From assembly GCA_964016885.1 (NCBI GenBank), contig OZ024740.1:279558001-279622000 (forward strand): a stretch of DNA of 64,000 nucleotides. The letters are read 5' to 3'. The position numbers and the translations under genes were made by a program. This document shows positions 42,019-57,489 of the stretch, piece by piece (position 1 is the stretch's first letter; each line of letters starts with the position of its first letter). The notes under the pieces are model-generated. The model did not search any database. It was not told the origin of the DNA and saw only the letters and a program-made list of their open reading frames with translations. Origin of the DNA: Eledone cirrhosa. Taxonomy: Eukaryota.

Positions 42019-45000
42019 CCTTTTTTATTTAGCGGATCCATTTTTTATTTCGGTGATCCATTTTTTATTTGGGGGATCCATTTTTTATTTGGGTGATTCA
42101 TTTTTTATTTGGGGGATCCATTTTTTATTTGGGTGATCCATTTTTTATTTGGGGGATCCATTTTTTATTTGGGCGATCCATTTTTATTTGGGGGATCCAT
42201 TTTTTATTTGGGTGATCCATTTTTTATTTGGGTGATCCATTTTTTATTTGGGTGATACATTTTTTATTTGGGGGATCCATTTTTTATTCGGGTGATCCAT
42301 TTTTTATTTGGGGGATCCATTTTTTATTTGGGCAATCCATTTTTCATTTGGGGGATCCATTTTTTATTTGGTGGATCCATTTTTTATTTGGGGGATCCAT
42401 TTTTTATTTGGGGGATCCATTTTTTATTTGGGGGATCCATTTTATATTTGGGTGATCCATTTTTTATTTGGGTGATCCATTTTTTATTTGGGTGATCCAT
42501 TTTTTATTTGGGGGATCAATTTTTTATTTGGGTGTTCCATTTTTTATTTGGGTGATCCATTTTTTATTTGGTGATCCATTTTTCATTTGGGTGATCCATT
42601 TTTTATTTGGTGATCCATTTTTTATTTGGGGGATCCATTTTTTATTTGGGTGATCCATTTTTTATTTGGGTGATCCATTTTTTATTTGGGGTATCCATTT
42701 TTAATTTGGGTGATCCATTTTTTATTTGGGTGATCCATTTTTTATTTGGGTGATCCATTTTTTATTTGGGTGATCCATTTTTTATTTGGGGGATCCATTT
42801 TTTATTTTGGCGATCCATTTTTTATTTGGGGGATCCATTTTTTATTTGGTGGATCCATTTTTTATTTGGGTGATCCATTTTTTATTTGGTGGATCCATTT
42901 TTTATTTGGGTGATCCATTTTTTATTTGGGTGATCCATTTTTTATTTGGGGGATACATTTTTTATTTGGGTGATCCATTTTTTATTTGTGGGATCCATGT
43001 TTTATTTGGGTGATCCATTTTTTATTTGGGTGATCCATTTTTTATTTGTGGGATCCATGTTTTATTTGGGTGATCCATTTTTTATTTGGTTGATCCATTT
43101 TTTATTAGGGGGATCCATTTTTTATTTGGGGGATCCATTTTTTATTTGATGGATCTCCCAAATAAAAAATGGATCACCCAAATAAAAAATTGATCCCCCA
43201 AATAAAAAATGGATCACCCAAATAAAAATGGATCACCCAAATAAAAAATAGATCCCCCAAATAAAAAATGGATCCCCCAAATAAAAAATGGATCCCCCAA
43301 ATAAAAAATGGATCACCCAAATAAAAAATGGATCCCCAAATAAAAAATGGATCATCCAAATAAAAACTGGATCCTCCAAATAAAAAATGGATCACCGAAG
43401 TAAAAAATGGATCCCCCAAATAAAAAATGGATCCCCCAAATAAAAAATGGATCCCCCAAATAAAAAATGGATCACCCAAATAAAAAATGGATCCCCAAAT
43501 AAAAAATGGATCCCCCAAATAAAAAATGGATCCTCCAAATAAAAAATGGATCCCCCAAATAAAAAATGGATCCCCCAAATAAAAAATGGATCACCCAAAT
43601 AAAAAATGGATCACCCAAATAAAAAATGGATCGCCCAAATAAAAAATGGATCGCCCAAATAAAAAATGGATCGCCCAAATAAAAAATGGATCCCCCAAAT
43701 AAAAATAGATCCCCCAAATAAAAAATTGATCCCCCAAATAAAAAATGGATCACCCAAATAAAAAATGGACCCCCAAATAAAAAATGGATCACCCAAATAA
43801 AAATGGATCACCCAAATAAAAAATGGATCCCCCAAATAATAAAAAGAAACACCCAAATAAAAAATGGATCACCCAAATAAAAAATGCATCCTCCAAATAA
43901 AAAATGGATTACCCAAATAAAAAAAAATCCTCCAAATAAAAAATGGATCACCCAAATAAAAAATGGATCACCCAAATAAAAAATGGATCCCCCAAATAAA
44001 AAATGGATCCCCCAAATAAAAAACGGATCCCCCAAATAAAAAATGGATCACCCAAATAAAAAATGGATCACCCAAATAAAAAATGGATCAACCAAATAAA
44101 AATTGGATCGCCCAAATAAAAAATGGATCCCCCAAATAAAAAATGGATCGCCCAAATAAAAAATGGATCCCCCAAATAAAAAATGGATCACCCAAATAAA
44201 AAATGGATCACCCAAATAAAAAATGGATCCCCCAAATAAAAAATGGATCACCCAAATAAAAAATGGATCCCTCAAATAAAAAATGGATCACCCAAATAAA
44301 AAATGGATCACCCAAATAAAAAATGGATCCCCCAAATAAAAAATTGATCACCCAAATAAAAAATGGATCACCCAAATAACAAATGGATCCCCCAAATAAA
44401 AAAATGGTTCACCCAAATAAAAAATGGATCACCCAAATAAAAAATGGATCCCCCAAATAAAAAATGGATCACCCAAATAAAAAATGGATCCCTTTTTTAT
44501 TTAGCGGATCCATTTTTTATTTCGGGGATCCATTCTTTATCTGGGGGATCCATTTTTTATTTGGGTGATCCATTTTTTATTTGGGGGATCCATTTTTTAT
44601 TTCGGTGATCCATTTTTTATTTGGGTGATCCATTTTTTATTTGGGGTTCCATTTTTTATTTGGGTGATCCATTTTTTATTTGGTGGATCCATTTTTTATT
44701 TGGGGGATCCATTTTTTATTTGGGTGATCCATTTTTTATTTGTGTGATCCATTTTTTATTTGGGGGATCAATTTTTTATTTGGGCGATCCATTTTTTATT
44801 TGGGTGATCCATTTTTTATTTGGTGATCCATTTTTTATTTGGGGGATCCATTTTTTATTTGGGTGATCCATTTTTTATTTGGGTGATCCATTTTTTATTT
44901 GGGTGATCCATTTTTTATTTGGGTGATCCATTTTTTATTTGGGGGATCCATTTTTTATTTGGGTGATCCATTTTTTATTTGGGGGATCCATTTTTTATTT

Positions 45001-45299
45001 GGGTGATCCATTTTTTATTTGGTGGATCCATTTTTTATTTGGGGGATCCATTTTTTATTTGGGGGATCCATTTTTGGGGGGGGATCCATTTTATATTTGG
45101 GTGATCCATTTTTTATTTGGGTGATCCATTTTTTATTTGGGGGATCCATTTTTTATTTGGGTGATCCATTTTTTATTTGGGCGATCCATCTTTTATTTGG
45201 GTGATCCAATTTTTTATTTGGGTGATCCATTTTTTATTTGGGGGATCAATTTTTTATTTGGCTGATCCATTTTTTATTTGGGTGATCCATTTTTTATTT

Positions 45300-47620
45300 G
45301 GTGATCCATTTTTTATTTGGGTGATCCATTTTTTATTTGGGTGATCCATTTTTTATTTTGGGTATCCATTTTTAATTTGGGTGATCCATTTTTTATTTGG
45401 GTGATCCTTTTTTTATTTGGGTGATCCATTTTTTATTTGGGGGATCCATTTTTTATTTGGGTGATCCATTTTTTATTTAGGGGATCCATTTTTTATTTGG
45501 GCCATCCATTTTTTATTTGGGGGATCCATTTTTTATTTGGTGGATCCATTTTTTATTTGGGGGATCCATTTTTTATTTGGGGGATCCATTTTTTATTTTG
45601 GGGATCCATTTTATATTTGGGTGATCCATTTTTTATTTGGGTGATCCATTTTTTATTTGGGGGATCCATTTTTTATTTGGGTGATCCATTTTTTATTTGG
45701 GGGATCCATTTTTTATTTCGGTGATCCATTTTTTATTTGGGGGATCCATTTTTTATTTGGGGGTTCCATTTTTTATTTGGGGGATCCATCAAACAAAAAA
45801 TGGATCATCCAAATAAAAAGTGGACACCTAAATAAAAAATGGATCACCCAAATAAAAAATTGATCCACCAAATAAAAAATGGATCCCCCAAATAAAAAAT
45901 AGATCACACAAATAAAAAATGGATCCCCCAATTAAAAAATGGAACACCCAAATAAAAAATGGATCACCCAAATAAAAAATGGATAACCCAAATAAAAAAT
46001 GGATCCCCCAAATAAAAAATGGATCACCCAAATAAAAAATGGATCCCCCAAATAAAAAAGGGATCCATTTTTTATTTGGGTGATCCATTTTTTATTTGGG
46101 GGATCCATTTTTTATTTGGCTTATCCATTTTTTATTTGGGTGATCCATTTTTTATTTGGGTGATCCATTTTTTATTTGGGTGATTCATTTTTTATTTGGG
46201 TGATCCATTTTTAATTTTTGGGATCCATTTTTTATTTGGGAGATCCATTTTTTATTTGGGTGATCCATTTTTTATTTGGGTGATCCATTTTTTATTTGAT
46301 GGATCCCCAAATAAAAAATGGAACCCCCAAATAAAAAATGGATCCCCCAAATAAAAAATGGATCACCCAAATAAAAAATGGATCCCCCAAATAAAAAATG
46401 GATCCCCCAAATAAAAAATGAATCCCTGAAATAAAAAATGGATCCCCCAAATAAAAAAGGGATCCATTTTTTATTTGGGCGATCCATTTTTTATTTGGGT
46501 GATCCATTTTTTATTTGGGGGATCCATTTTTTATTTGGGGGATCCATTTTTTATTTGGGGGATCCATTTTATATTTGGGTGATCCATTTTTTATTTGGGT
46601 GATCCATTTTTTATTTGGGGGATCCATTTTTTATTTGGGGGATCCATTTTTTATTTGGGTGATCCATTTTATATTTGGGGGATCTATTTTTTATTTGGAG
46701 GATCATTTTTTATTTGGGTGATCCATTTTTTATTTGGGGGGATCTATTTTTTATTTGGGTGATCCATTTTTTATTTGGGTGATCCATTTTTTATTTGGGT
46801 GATCCATTTTTTATTTGGTGGATCCATTTTTTATTTGGGGGTCCATTTTTGGGGGAGTGATCCATTTTCCATTTGGGTGATCCATTTTTTATTTTTTGGA
46901 TCCATTTTTTATTTGGGCGATCCATTTTTTATTTGGGTGATCCATTTTTTATTTGGGTGATCCATTTTTTATTTGGGTTATCCATTTTTTATTTGTGGGA
47001 TCCTATTTTTATTTGGGGGTTCCATTTTTTATTTGAGGGATCCATTTTTTATTTGGGGGATGCATTTTTTATTTGGGTGATCCATTTTTTATTTGGGGGA
47101 TCCATTTTTTATTTGGGGGATCCATTTTTTATTTGGGGGATCCATTTTTTATTTGGGGGATCCATTTTTTATTTGGGGGATCCATTTTTTATTTAGGTGA
47201 TCCATTTTTTATTTGGGTGATCCATTTTTTATTTGGGGGATACATTTTTTATTTGGCTGATCCATTTTTTATTTGGGTGATCCATTTTTTATTTGGGGGA
47301 TCCATTTTTTATTTGGGTGATCCATTTTTTATTTGGGTCATCCATTTTTTATTTGGGTGATCCATTTTTTATTTGGGGGATACATTTTTTATTTGGGTGA
47401 TCCATTTTTTATTTGTGGGATCCATTTTTTATTTGGGTGATCCATTTTTTATTTGGTTGATCCATTTTTTATTAGGGGTATCCATTTTTAATTTGGGTGA
47501 TCCATTTTTTATTTGGGTGATCCATTTTTTATTTGAGGGATCCATTTTTTATTTGGGGAATCCATTTTTTATTTGATGGATCTCCCAAATAAAAAATGGA
47601 TCACCCAAATAAAAAATGGA
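45300..47620 (+). repeat. ~2.3-kb segment duplicated at ~50330-52650 (offset 5,028-5,029)
   Basis: Identical ORF translations at 45828/50857, 46272/51301, 46775/51804 and 47373/52402. The variant junction GGATCCATCAAACAAAAAA has its GATC at 45783 and 50811. Confidence 0.92.
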
Positions 47621-50600
47621 TCACCCAAATAAAAAATGGATCCCCCAAATAAAAAAGGGATCCATTTTTTATTTGGGTGATCCATTTTTTATTTGGGGGA
47701 TCCATTTTTTATTTGGCTTATCCATTTTTATTTGGGTGATCCATTTTTTATTTGGGTGATCCATTTTTTATTTGGGTGATTCATTTTTTATTTGGGTGAT
47801 CCATTTTTAATTTTTGGGATCCATTTTTTATTTGGTGGATCCATTTTTTATTTGGGTGATCCATTTTTTATTTGGGTGATCCATTTTTTATTTGGGTGAT
47901 CCATTTTTTATTTGATGGATCCCCAAATAAAAAATGGAACCCCCAAATAAAAAATGGATCCCCCAAATAAAAAATGGATCACCCAAATAAAAAATGGATC
48001 CCCCAAATAAAAAATGGATCCCCCAAATAAAAAATGAATCCCTGAAATAAAAAATGGATCCCCCAAATAAAAAAGGGATCCATTTTTTATTTGGGTGATC
48101 CATTTTTTATTTGGGGGGATCCGTTTTTTATTTGGGCGATCCATTTTTTATTTGGGTGATCCATTTTTTATTTGGGTGATCCATTTTTTATTTGGGGGAT
48201 CCATTTTTTATTTGGGCGATCCATTTTTTATTTGGGTGATCCATTTTTTATTTGGGGGATCCATTTTTTATTTGGGGGATCCATTTTTTATTTGGGGGAT
48301 CCATTTTTTATTTACGGGATCCATTTTTTATTTGGGTGATCCATTTTTTATTTGGGGGATCCAGTTTTTATTTGGGTGATCCATTTTTTGTTTGGGTGAT
48401 CCATTTTTATTTTTTGGATCCATTTTTTATTTGGGCGATCCATTTTTTATTTGGTGATCCATTTTGTATTTGGGGGATCCATTTTTTATTTGGGTGATCC
48501 ATTTTTTATTTGGGGGATCCATTTTTTATTTGGGTGATCCATTTTTTATTTGGTGATCCATTTTGTATTTGGGGGATCCATTTTTTATTTGGGTGATCCA
48601 TTTTTTATTTGGGTGATCCATTTTTTATTTGAGGGATCCATTTTTTATTTGGGGGATCCATTTTTTATTTGATGGATCTCCCAAATAAAAAATACATCAC
48701 CCAAATAAAAAATGGATCCCCCAAATAAAAAATGGATCACCCAAATAAAAAATGGATCCCCCAAATAAAAAATGGATCACACAAATAAAAAATGGATCAC
48801 CCAAATAAAAAATGAATCACCCAAATATAAAATAGATCACCCAAATAAAAAATGGATCCCCCAAATAAAAAATGGATCCCTTTTTTATTTGTCGGATCCA
48901 TTTTTTATTTGGGGGATCCATTATCTATTTGAGTGATCCATTTTTTATTTGTGGGATCCATTTTTTATTTGGGTGATCCATTTTTTATTTGGGGGATCCA
49001 TTTTTTATTTGGGTGATCCATTTTCTATTTGGTGATCCATTTTTTATTTGGGGGATCCATTTTTTATTTGGGTGATCCATTTTTTATTTGGGTGATCCAT
49101 TTTTTATTTGAGGGATCCATTTTTTATTTGGGGGATCCATTTTTTATTTGATGGATCTCCCAAATAAAAAATAGATCACCCAAATATAAAATGGATCCCC
49201 CAAATAAAAAATGGATCACCCACATAGAAACTGGATCCCCCAAATAGAAAATGGATCCCCCCAAATAAAAAATGGATCCCCCAAATAAAAAATGGGTCAC
49301 CCAAATAAAAATGGATCACCCAAATAAAAAATGGATCCCCCAAATAATAAAAAGAAACACCCAAATAAAAAATGGATCACCCAAATAAAAAATGCATCCT
49401 CCAAATAAAAATGGATTACCCAAATAAAAAAAAATCCTCCAAATAAAAAATGGATCACCCAAATAAAAAATGGATCACCCAAATAAAAAATGGATCCCCC
49501 AAATAAAAAATGGATCCCCCAAATAAAAAACGGATCCCCCAAATAAAAAATGGATCACCCAAATAAAAAATGGATCACCCAAATAAAAAATGGATCACCC
49601 AAATAAAAATTGGATCGCCCAAATAAAAAATGGATCCCCCAAATAAAAAATGGATCGCCCAAATAAAAAATGGATCCCCCAAATAAAAAATGGATCACCC
49701 AAATAAAAAATGGATCACCCAAATAAAAAATGGATCCCCAAAATAAAAAATGGATCACCCAAATAAAAAATGGATCCCTCAAATAAAAAAGGGATCACCC
49801 AAATAGAAAATGGATCACCCAAATAAAAAATGGATCCCCCAAATAAAAAATTGATCACCCAAATAAAAAATGGATCACCCAAATAACAAATGGATCCCCC
49901 AAATAAAAAATGGTTCACGAAATAAAAAATGGATCACCCAAATAAAAAATGGATCCCCCCAAATAAAAAATGGATCACCCAAATAAAAAATGGATCCCTT
50001 TTTTATTTAGCGGATCCATTTTTTATTTCGGGGATCCATTCTTTATCTGGGGGATCCATTTTTTATTTGGGTGATCCATTTTTTATTTGGGGGATCCATT
50101 TTTTATTTCGGTGATCCATTTTTTATTTGGGTGATCCATTTTTTATTTGGGGTTCCATTTTTTATTTGGGTGATCCATTTTTTATTTGGTGGATCCATTT
50201 TTTATTTGGGGGATCCATTTTTTATTTGGGGGATCAATTTTTTATTTGGGTGATCCATTTTTTATTTGGGGGATCAATTTTTTATTTGGGTGATCCATTT
50301 TTTATTTGGGTGATCCATTTTTTATTTGGTGATCCATTTTTTATTTGGGTGATCCATTTTTTATTTGGGTGATCCATTTTTTATTTTGGGTATCCATTTT
50401 TAATTTGGGTGATCCATTTTTTATTTGGGTGATCCTTTTTTTATTTGGGTGATCCATTTTTTATTTGGGGGATCCATTTTTTATTTGGGTGATCCATTTT
50501 TTATTTAGGGGATCCATTTTTTATTTGGGCCATCCATTTTTTATTTGGGGGATCCATTTTTTATTTGGTGGATCCATTTTTTATTTGGGGGATCCATTTT

Positions 50601-53600
50601 TTATTTGGGGGATCCATTTTTTATTTTGGGGATCCATTTTATATTTGGGTGATCCATTTTTTATTTGGGTGATCCATTTTTTATTTGGGGGATCCATTTT
50701 TTATTTGGGTGATCCATTTTTTATTTGGGGGATCCATTTTTTATTTCGGTGATCCATTTTTTATTTGGGGGATCCATTTTTTATTTGGGGGTTCCATTTT
50801 TTATTTGGGGGATCCATCAAACAAAAAATGGATCACCCAAATAAAAAGTGGATCACCTAAATAAAAAATGGATCACCCAAATAAAAAATTGATCCACCAA
50901 ATAAAAAATGGATCCCCCAAATAAAAAATAGATCACACAAATAAAAAATGGATCCCCCAATTAAAAAATGGAACACCCAAATAAAAAATGGATCACCCAA
51001 ATAAAAAATGGATAACCCAAATAAAAAATGGATCCCCCAAATAAAAAATGGATCACCCAAATAAAAAATGGATCCCCCAAATAAAAAAGGGATCCATTTT
51101 TTATTTGGGTGATCCATTTTTTATTTGGGGGATCCATTTTTTATTTGGCTTATCCATTTTTTATTTGGGTGATCCATTTTTTATTTGGGTGATCCATTTT
51201 TTATTTGGGTGATTCATTTTTTATTTGGGTGATCCATTTTTAATTTTTGGGATCCATTTTTTATTTGGGAGATCCATTTTTTATTTGGGTGATCCATTTT
51301 TTATTTGGGTGATCCATTTTTTATTTGATGGATCCCCAAATAAAAAATGGAACCCCCAAATAAAAAATGGATCCCCCAAATAAAAAATGGATCACCCAAA
51401 TAAAAAATGGATCCCCCAAATAAAAAATGGATCCCCCAAATAAAAAATGAATCCCTGAAATAAAAAATGGATCCCCCAAATAAAAAAGGGATCCATTTTT
51501 TATTTGGGCGATCCATTTTTTATTTGGGTGATCCATTTTTTATTTGGGGGATCCATTTTTTATTTGGGGGATCCATTTTTTATTTGGGGGATCCATTTTA
51601 TATTTGGGTGATCCATTTTTTATTTGGGTGATCCATTTTTTATTTGGGGGATCCATTTTTTATTTGGGGGATCCATTTTTTATTTGGGTGATCCATTTTA
51701 TATTTGGGGGATCTATTTTTTATTTGGAGGATCATTTTTTATTTGGGTGATCCATTTTTTATTTGGGGGGATCTATTTTTTATTTGGGTGATCCATTTTT
51801 TATTTGGGTGATCCATTTTTTATTTGGGTGATCCATTTTTTATTTGGTGGATCCATTTTTTATTTGGGGGTCCATTTTTGGGGGAGTGATCCATTTTCCA
51901 TTTGGGTGATCCATTTTTTATTTTTTGGATCCATTTTTTATTTGGGCGATCCATTTTTTATTTGGGTGATCCATTTTTTATTTGGGTGATCCATTTTTTA
52001 TTTGGGTTATCCATTTTTTATTTGTGGGATCCTATTTTTATTTGGGGGTTCCATTTTTTATTTGAGGGATCCATTTTTTATTTGGGGGATGCATTTTTTA
52101 TTTGGGTGATCCATTTTTTATTTGGGGGATCCATTTTTTATTTGGGGGATCCATTTTTTATTTGGGGGATCCATTTTTTATTTGGGGGATCCATTTTTTA
52201 TTTGGGGGATCCATTTTTTATTTAGGTGATCCATTTTTTATTTGGGTGATCCATTTTTTATTTGGGGGATACATTTTTTATTTGGCTGATCCATTTTTTA
52301 TTTGGGTGATCCATTTTTTATTTGGGGGATCCATTTTTTATTTGGGTGATCCATTTTTTATTTGGGTCATCCATTTTTTATTTGGGTGATCCATTTTTTA
52401 TTTGGGGGATACATTTTTTATTTGGGTGATCCATTTTTTATTTGTGGGATCCATTTTTTATTTGGGTGATCCATTTTTTATTTGGTTGATCCATTTTTTA
52501 TTAGGGGTATCCATTTTTAATTTGGGTGATCCATTTTTTATTTGGGTGATCCATTTTTTATTTGAGGGATCCATTTTTTATTTGGGGAATCCATTTTTTA
52601 TTTGATGGATCTCCCAAATAAAAAATGGATCACCCAAATAAAAAATTGATCCCCCAAATAAAAAATGGATCACCCAAATAAAAAATGGATCACCCAAATA
52701 AAAAATAGATCCCCCAAATAAAAAATGGATCCCCCAAATAAAAATGGATCCCCCAAATAAAAAATGGATCACTCAAATAAAAAATGGAACACCCAAATAA
52801 AAAATGGATCCCCCAAATAAAAAATGGATCCCCCAAATAAAAATGGATCCCCCAAATAAAAAATGGATCACTCAAATAAAAAATGGAACACCCAAATAAA
52901 AAATGGATCCCCCAAATAAAAAATGGATCCCCCAAATAAAAAATGGATCACCCAAATAAAAAATGGATCCCCCAAATAAAAAATGGATCACCCAAATAAA
53001 AACTGGATCCCCCAAATAAAAAATGGATCACCCAAATAAAAAATGGATCGCCAAATAAAAAATGGATCCCCCAAATAAAAAGTGGATCACCCAAATAAAA
53101 AATGGATCCCCCAAATAAAAAATGGATCACCCAAATAAAAACTGGATCCCCCAAATAAAAAATGGATCACCCAAATAAAAAATGGATCCCCCAAATAAAA
53201 AATGGATCACCCAAATAAAAAATGGAACCCCCAAATAAAAAATGGATCCCCCAAATAAAAAATGGATCACCCAAATAAAAAATGGATAACCCAAATAAAA
53301 AATGCATCCTCCAAATAAAAAATGGATCACCCAAATAAAAAAAAGATCCTCCAAATAAAAAATGGATCACCCAAATAAAAAATGGATCACCCAAATAAAA
53401 AATGGATCCCCCAAATAATAAATGGATCCCCCAAATAAAAAATGGATCCCCCAAATAAAAAATGGATCCCCCAAATAAAAAATGGATCCCCCAAATAAAA
53501 AATGGATCACCCAAATAAAAAATGGATCGACCAAATAAAAGATGGATCCCCCAAATAAAAAATGGATCGCCCAAATAAAAAATAGATCCCCCAAATAAAA

Positions 53601-54700
53601 AATGGATCACCCAAATAAAAAATGGATCACACAAATAAAAAATGGATCCCCCAAATAAAAAATGGATCACCCAAATAAAAAATTGTTCACCCAAACAAAA
53701 AATGGATCCCTTTTTTATTTAGCGGATCCATTTTTTATTTCGGTGATCCATTTTTTATTTGGGGGATCCATTTTTTATTTGGGTGATCCATTTTTTATTT
53801 GGGGGATCCATTTTTTATTTGGGTGATCCATTTTTTATTTGGGGGATCCATTTTTTATTTGGGCGATCCATTTTTATTTGGGGGATCCATTTTTTATTTG
53901 GGTGATCCATTTTTTATTTGGGTGATCCATTTTTTATTTGGGTGATACATTTTTTATTTGGGGGATCCATTTTTTATTCGGGTGATCCATTTTTTATTTG
54001 GGCGATCCATTTTTTATTTGGGGGATCCATTTTTTATTTGGTGGATCCATTTTTTATTTGGGGGATCCATTTTTTATTTGGGGGATCCATTTTTTATTTG
54101 GGGGATCCATTTTATATTTGGGTGATCCATTTTTTATTTGGGTGATCCATTTTTTATTTGGGTGATCCATTTTTTATTTGGGGGATCAATTTTTTATTTG
54201 GGTGATCCATTTTTTATTTGGGTGATCCATTTTTTATTTGGTGATCCATTTTTTATTTGGGTGATCCATTTTTTATTTGGTGATCCATTTTTTATTTGGG
54301 GGATCCATTTTTTATTTGGGTGATCCATTTTTTATTTGGGTGATCCATTTTTTATTTGGGGTACCCATTTTAATTTGGGTGATCCATTTTTTATTTGGGT
54401 GATCCATTTTTTATTTGGGTGATCCATTTTTTATTTGGGTGATCCATTTTTTATTTGGGGGATCCATTTTTTATTTTGGCGATCCATTTTTTATTTGGGG
54501 GATCCATTTTTTATTTGGTGGATCCATTTTTTATTTGGGTGATCCATTTTTTATTTGGTGGATCCATTTTTTATTTGGGTGATCCATTTTTTATTTGTGG
54601 GATCCATGTTTTATTTGGGTGATCCATTTTTTATTTGGGTGTTCCATTTTTTATTTGTGGGATCCATTTTTTATTTGGGGGATCCATTTTTTATTTGATG

Positions 54701-56598
54701 GATCTCCCAAATAAAAAATGGATCACCCAAATAAAAAATTGATCCCCCAAATAAAAAATGGATCACCCAAATAAAAATGGATCACCCAAATAAAAAATAG
54801 ATCCCCCAAATAAAAAATGGATCCCCCAAATAAAAAATGGATCCCCCAAATAAAAAATGGATCACCCAAATAAAAAATGGATCCCCAAATAAAAAATGGA
54901 TCATCCAAATAAAAACTGGATCCTCCAAATAAAAAATGGATCACCGAAGTAAAAAATGGATCCCCCAAATAAAAAATGGATCCCCCAAATAAAAAATGGA
55001 TCCCCCAAATAAAAAATGGATCACCCAAATAAAAAATGTATCCCCAAATAAAAAATGGATCCCCCAAATAAAAAATGGATCCTCCAAATAAAAAATGGAT
55101 CCCCCAAATAAAAAATGGATCCCCCAAATAAAAAATGAATCACCCAAATAAAAAATGGATCACCCAAATAAAAAATGGATCGCCCAAATAAAAAATGGAT
55201 CGCCCAAATAAAAAATGGATCGCCCAAATAAAAAATGGATCCCCCAAATAAAAATAGATCCCCCAAATAAAAAATGGATCCCCCAAATAAAAAATGGATC
55301 ACCCAAATAAAAAATGGACCCCCAAATAAAAAATGGATCACCCAAATAAAAATGGATCACCCAAATAAAAAATGGATCCCCCAAATAATAAAAAGAAACA
55401 CCCAAATAAAAAATGGATCACCCAAATAAAAAATGCATCCTCCAAATAAAAAATGGATTACCCAAATAAAAAAAAATCCTCCAAATAAAAAATGGATCAC
55501 CCAAATAAAAAATGGATCACCCAAATAAAAAATGGATCCCCCAAATAAAAAATGGATCCCCCAAATAAAAAACGGATCCCCCAAATAAAAAATGGATCAC
55601 CCAAATAAAAAATGGATCACCCAAATAAAAAATGGATCACCCAAATAAAAATTGGATCGCCCAAATAAAAAATGGATCCCCCAAATAAAAAATGGATCGC
55701 CCAAATAAAAAATGGATACCCCAAATAAAAAATGGATCACCCAAATAAAAAGTGGATCACCCAAATAAAAAATGGATCCCCCAAATAAAAAATGGATCAC
55801 CCAAATAAAAAATGGATCCCTCAAATAAATAATGGATCACCCAAATAAAAAATGGATCACCCAAATAAAAAATGGATCCCCCAAATAAAAAATTGATCAC
55901 CCAAATAAAAAATGGATCACCCAAATAACAAATGGATCCCCCAAATAAAAAATGGTTCACCCAAATAAAAAATGGATCACCCAAATAAAAAATGGATCCC
56001 CCCAAATAAAAAATGGATCACCCAAATAAAAACTGGATCCCCCAAATAAAAAATGGATCACCCAAATAAAAAATGGATCCCCCAAATAAAAAATGGATCA
56101 CCCAAATAAAAAATGGAACCCCCAAATAAAAAATGGATCCCCAAATAAAAAATGGATCACCCAAATAAAAAATGGATAACCCAAATAAAAAATGCATCCT
56201 CCAAATAAAAAATGGATCACCCAAATAAAAAAAAGATCCTCCAAATAAAAAATGGATCACCCAAATAAAAAATGGATCACCCAAATAAAAAATGGATCCC
56301 CCAAATAATAAATGGATCCCCCAAATAAAAAATGGATCCCCCAAATAAAAAATGGATCCCCCAAATAAAAAATGGATCCCCCAAATAAAAAATGGATCAC
56401 CCAAATAAAAAATGGATCGACCAAATATAAAATGGATCCCCCAAATAAAAAATGGATCGCCCAAATAAAAAATGGATCCCCCAAATAAAAAATGGATCAC
56501 CCAAATAAAAAATGGATCACACAAATAAAAAATGGATCCCCCAAATAAAAAATGGATCACCCAAATAAAAAATTGTTCACCCAAATAAAAAATGGATC
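54701..56598 (-). repeat. Longest reverse-oriented block (~1.9 kb), composite
   Basis: Uninterrupted A-rich orientation between the standard junctions. It joins a 43152-44490-type block to a 38700-39284-type tail. Confidence 0.88.
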
Positions 56599-57489
56599 CC
56601 TTTTTTATTTAGCGGATCCATTTTTTATTTCGGTGATCCATTTTTTATTTGGGGGATCCATTTTTTATTTGGGTGATCCATTTTTTATTTGGGGGATCCA
56701 TTTTTTATTTGGGTGATCCATTTTTTATTTGGGGGATCCATTTTTTATTTGGGCGATCCATTTTTTATTTGGGTGATACATTTTTTATTTGGGGGATCCA
56801 TTTTTTATTCGGGTGATCCATTTTTTATTTGGGGGATCCATTTTTTATTTGGGCAATCCATTTTTTATTTGGGGGATCCATTTTTTATTTGGTGGATCCA
56901 TTTTTTTATTTGGGGGATCCATTTTTTATTTGGGGGATCCATTTTTTATTTGGGGGATCCATTTTATATTTGGGTGATCCATTTTTTATTTGGGTGATCC
57001 ATTTTTTATTTGGGTGATCCATTTTTTATTTGGGGGATCAATTTTTTATTTGGGTGTTCCATTTTTTATTTGGGTGATCCATTTTTTATTTGGTGATCCA
57101 TTTTTCATTTGGGTGATCCATTTTTTATTTGGTGATCCATTTTTTATTTGGGGGATCCATTTTTTATTTGGGTGATCCATTTTTCATTTGGGTGATCCAT
57201 TTTTTATTTGGGGTATCCATTTTTAATTTGGGTGATCCATTTTTTATTTGGGTGATCCATTTTTTATTTGGGTGATCCATTTTTTATTTGGGTGATCCAT
57301 TTTTTATTTGGGGGATCCATTTTTTATTTTGGCGATCCATTTTTTATTTGGGGGATCCATTTTTTATTTGGTGGATCCATTTTTTATTTGGGTGATCCAT
57401 TTTTTATTTGGTGGATCCATTTTTTATTTGGGTGATCCATTTTTTATTTGGGTGATCCATTTTTTATTTGGGGGATACATTTTTTATTT

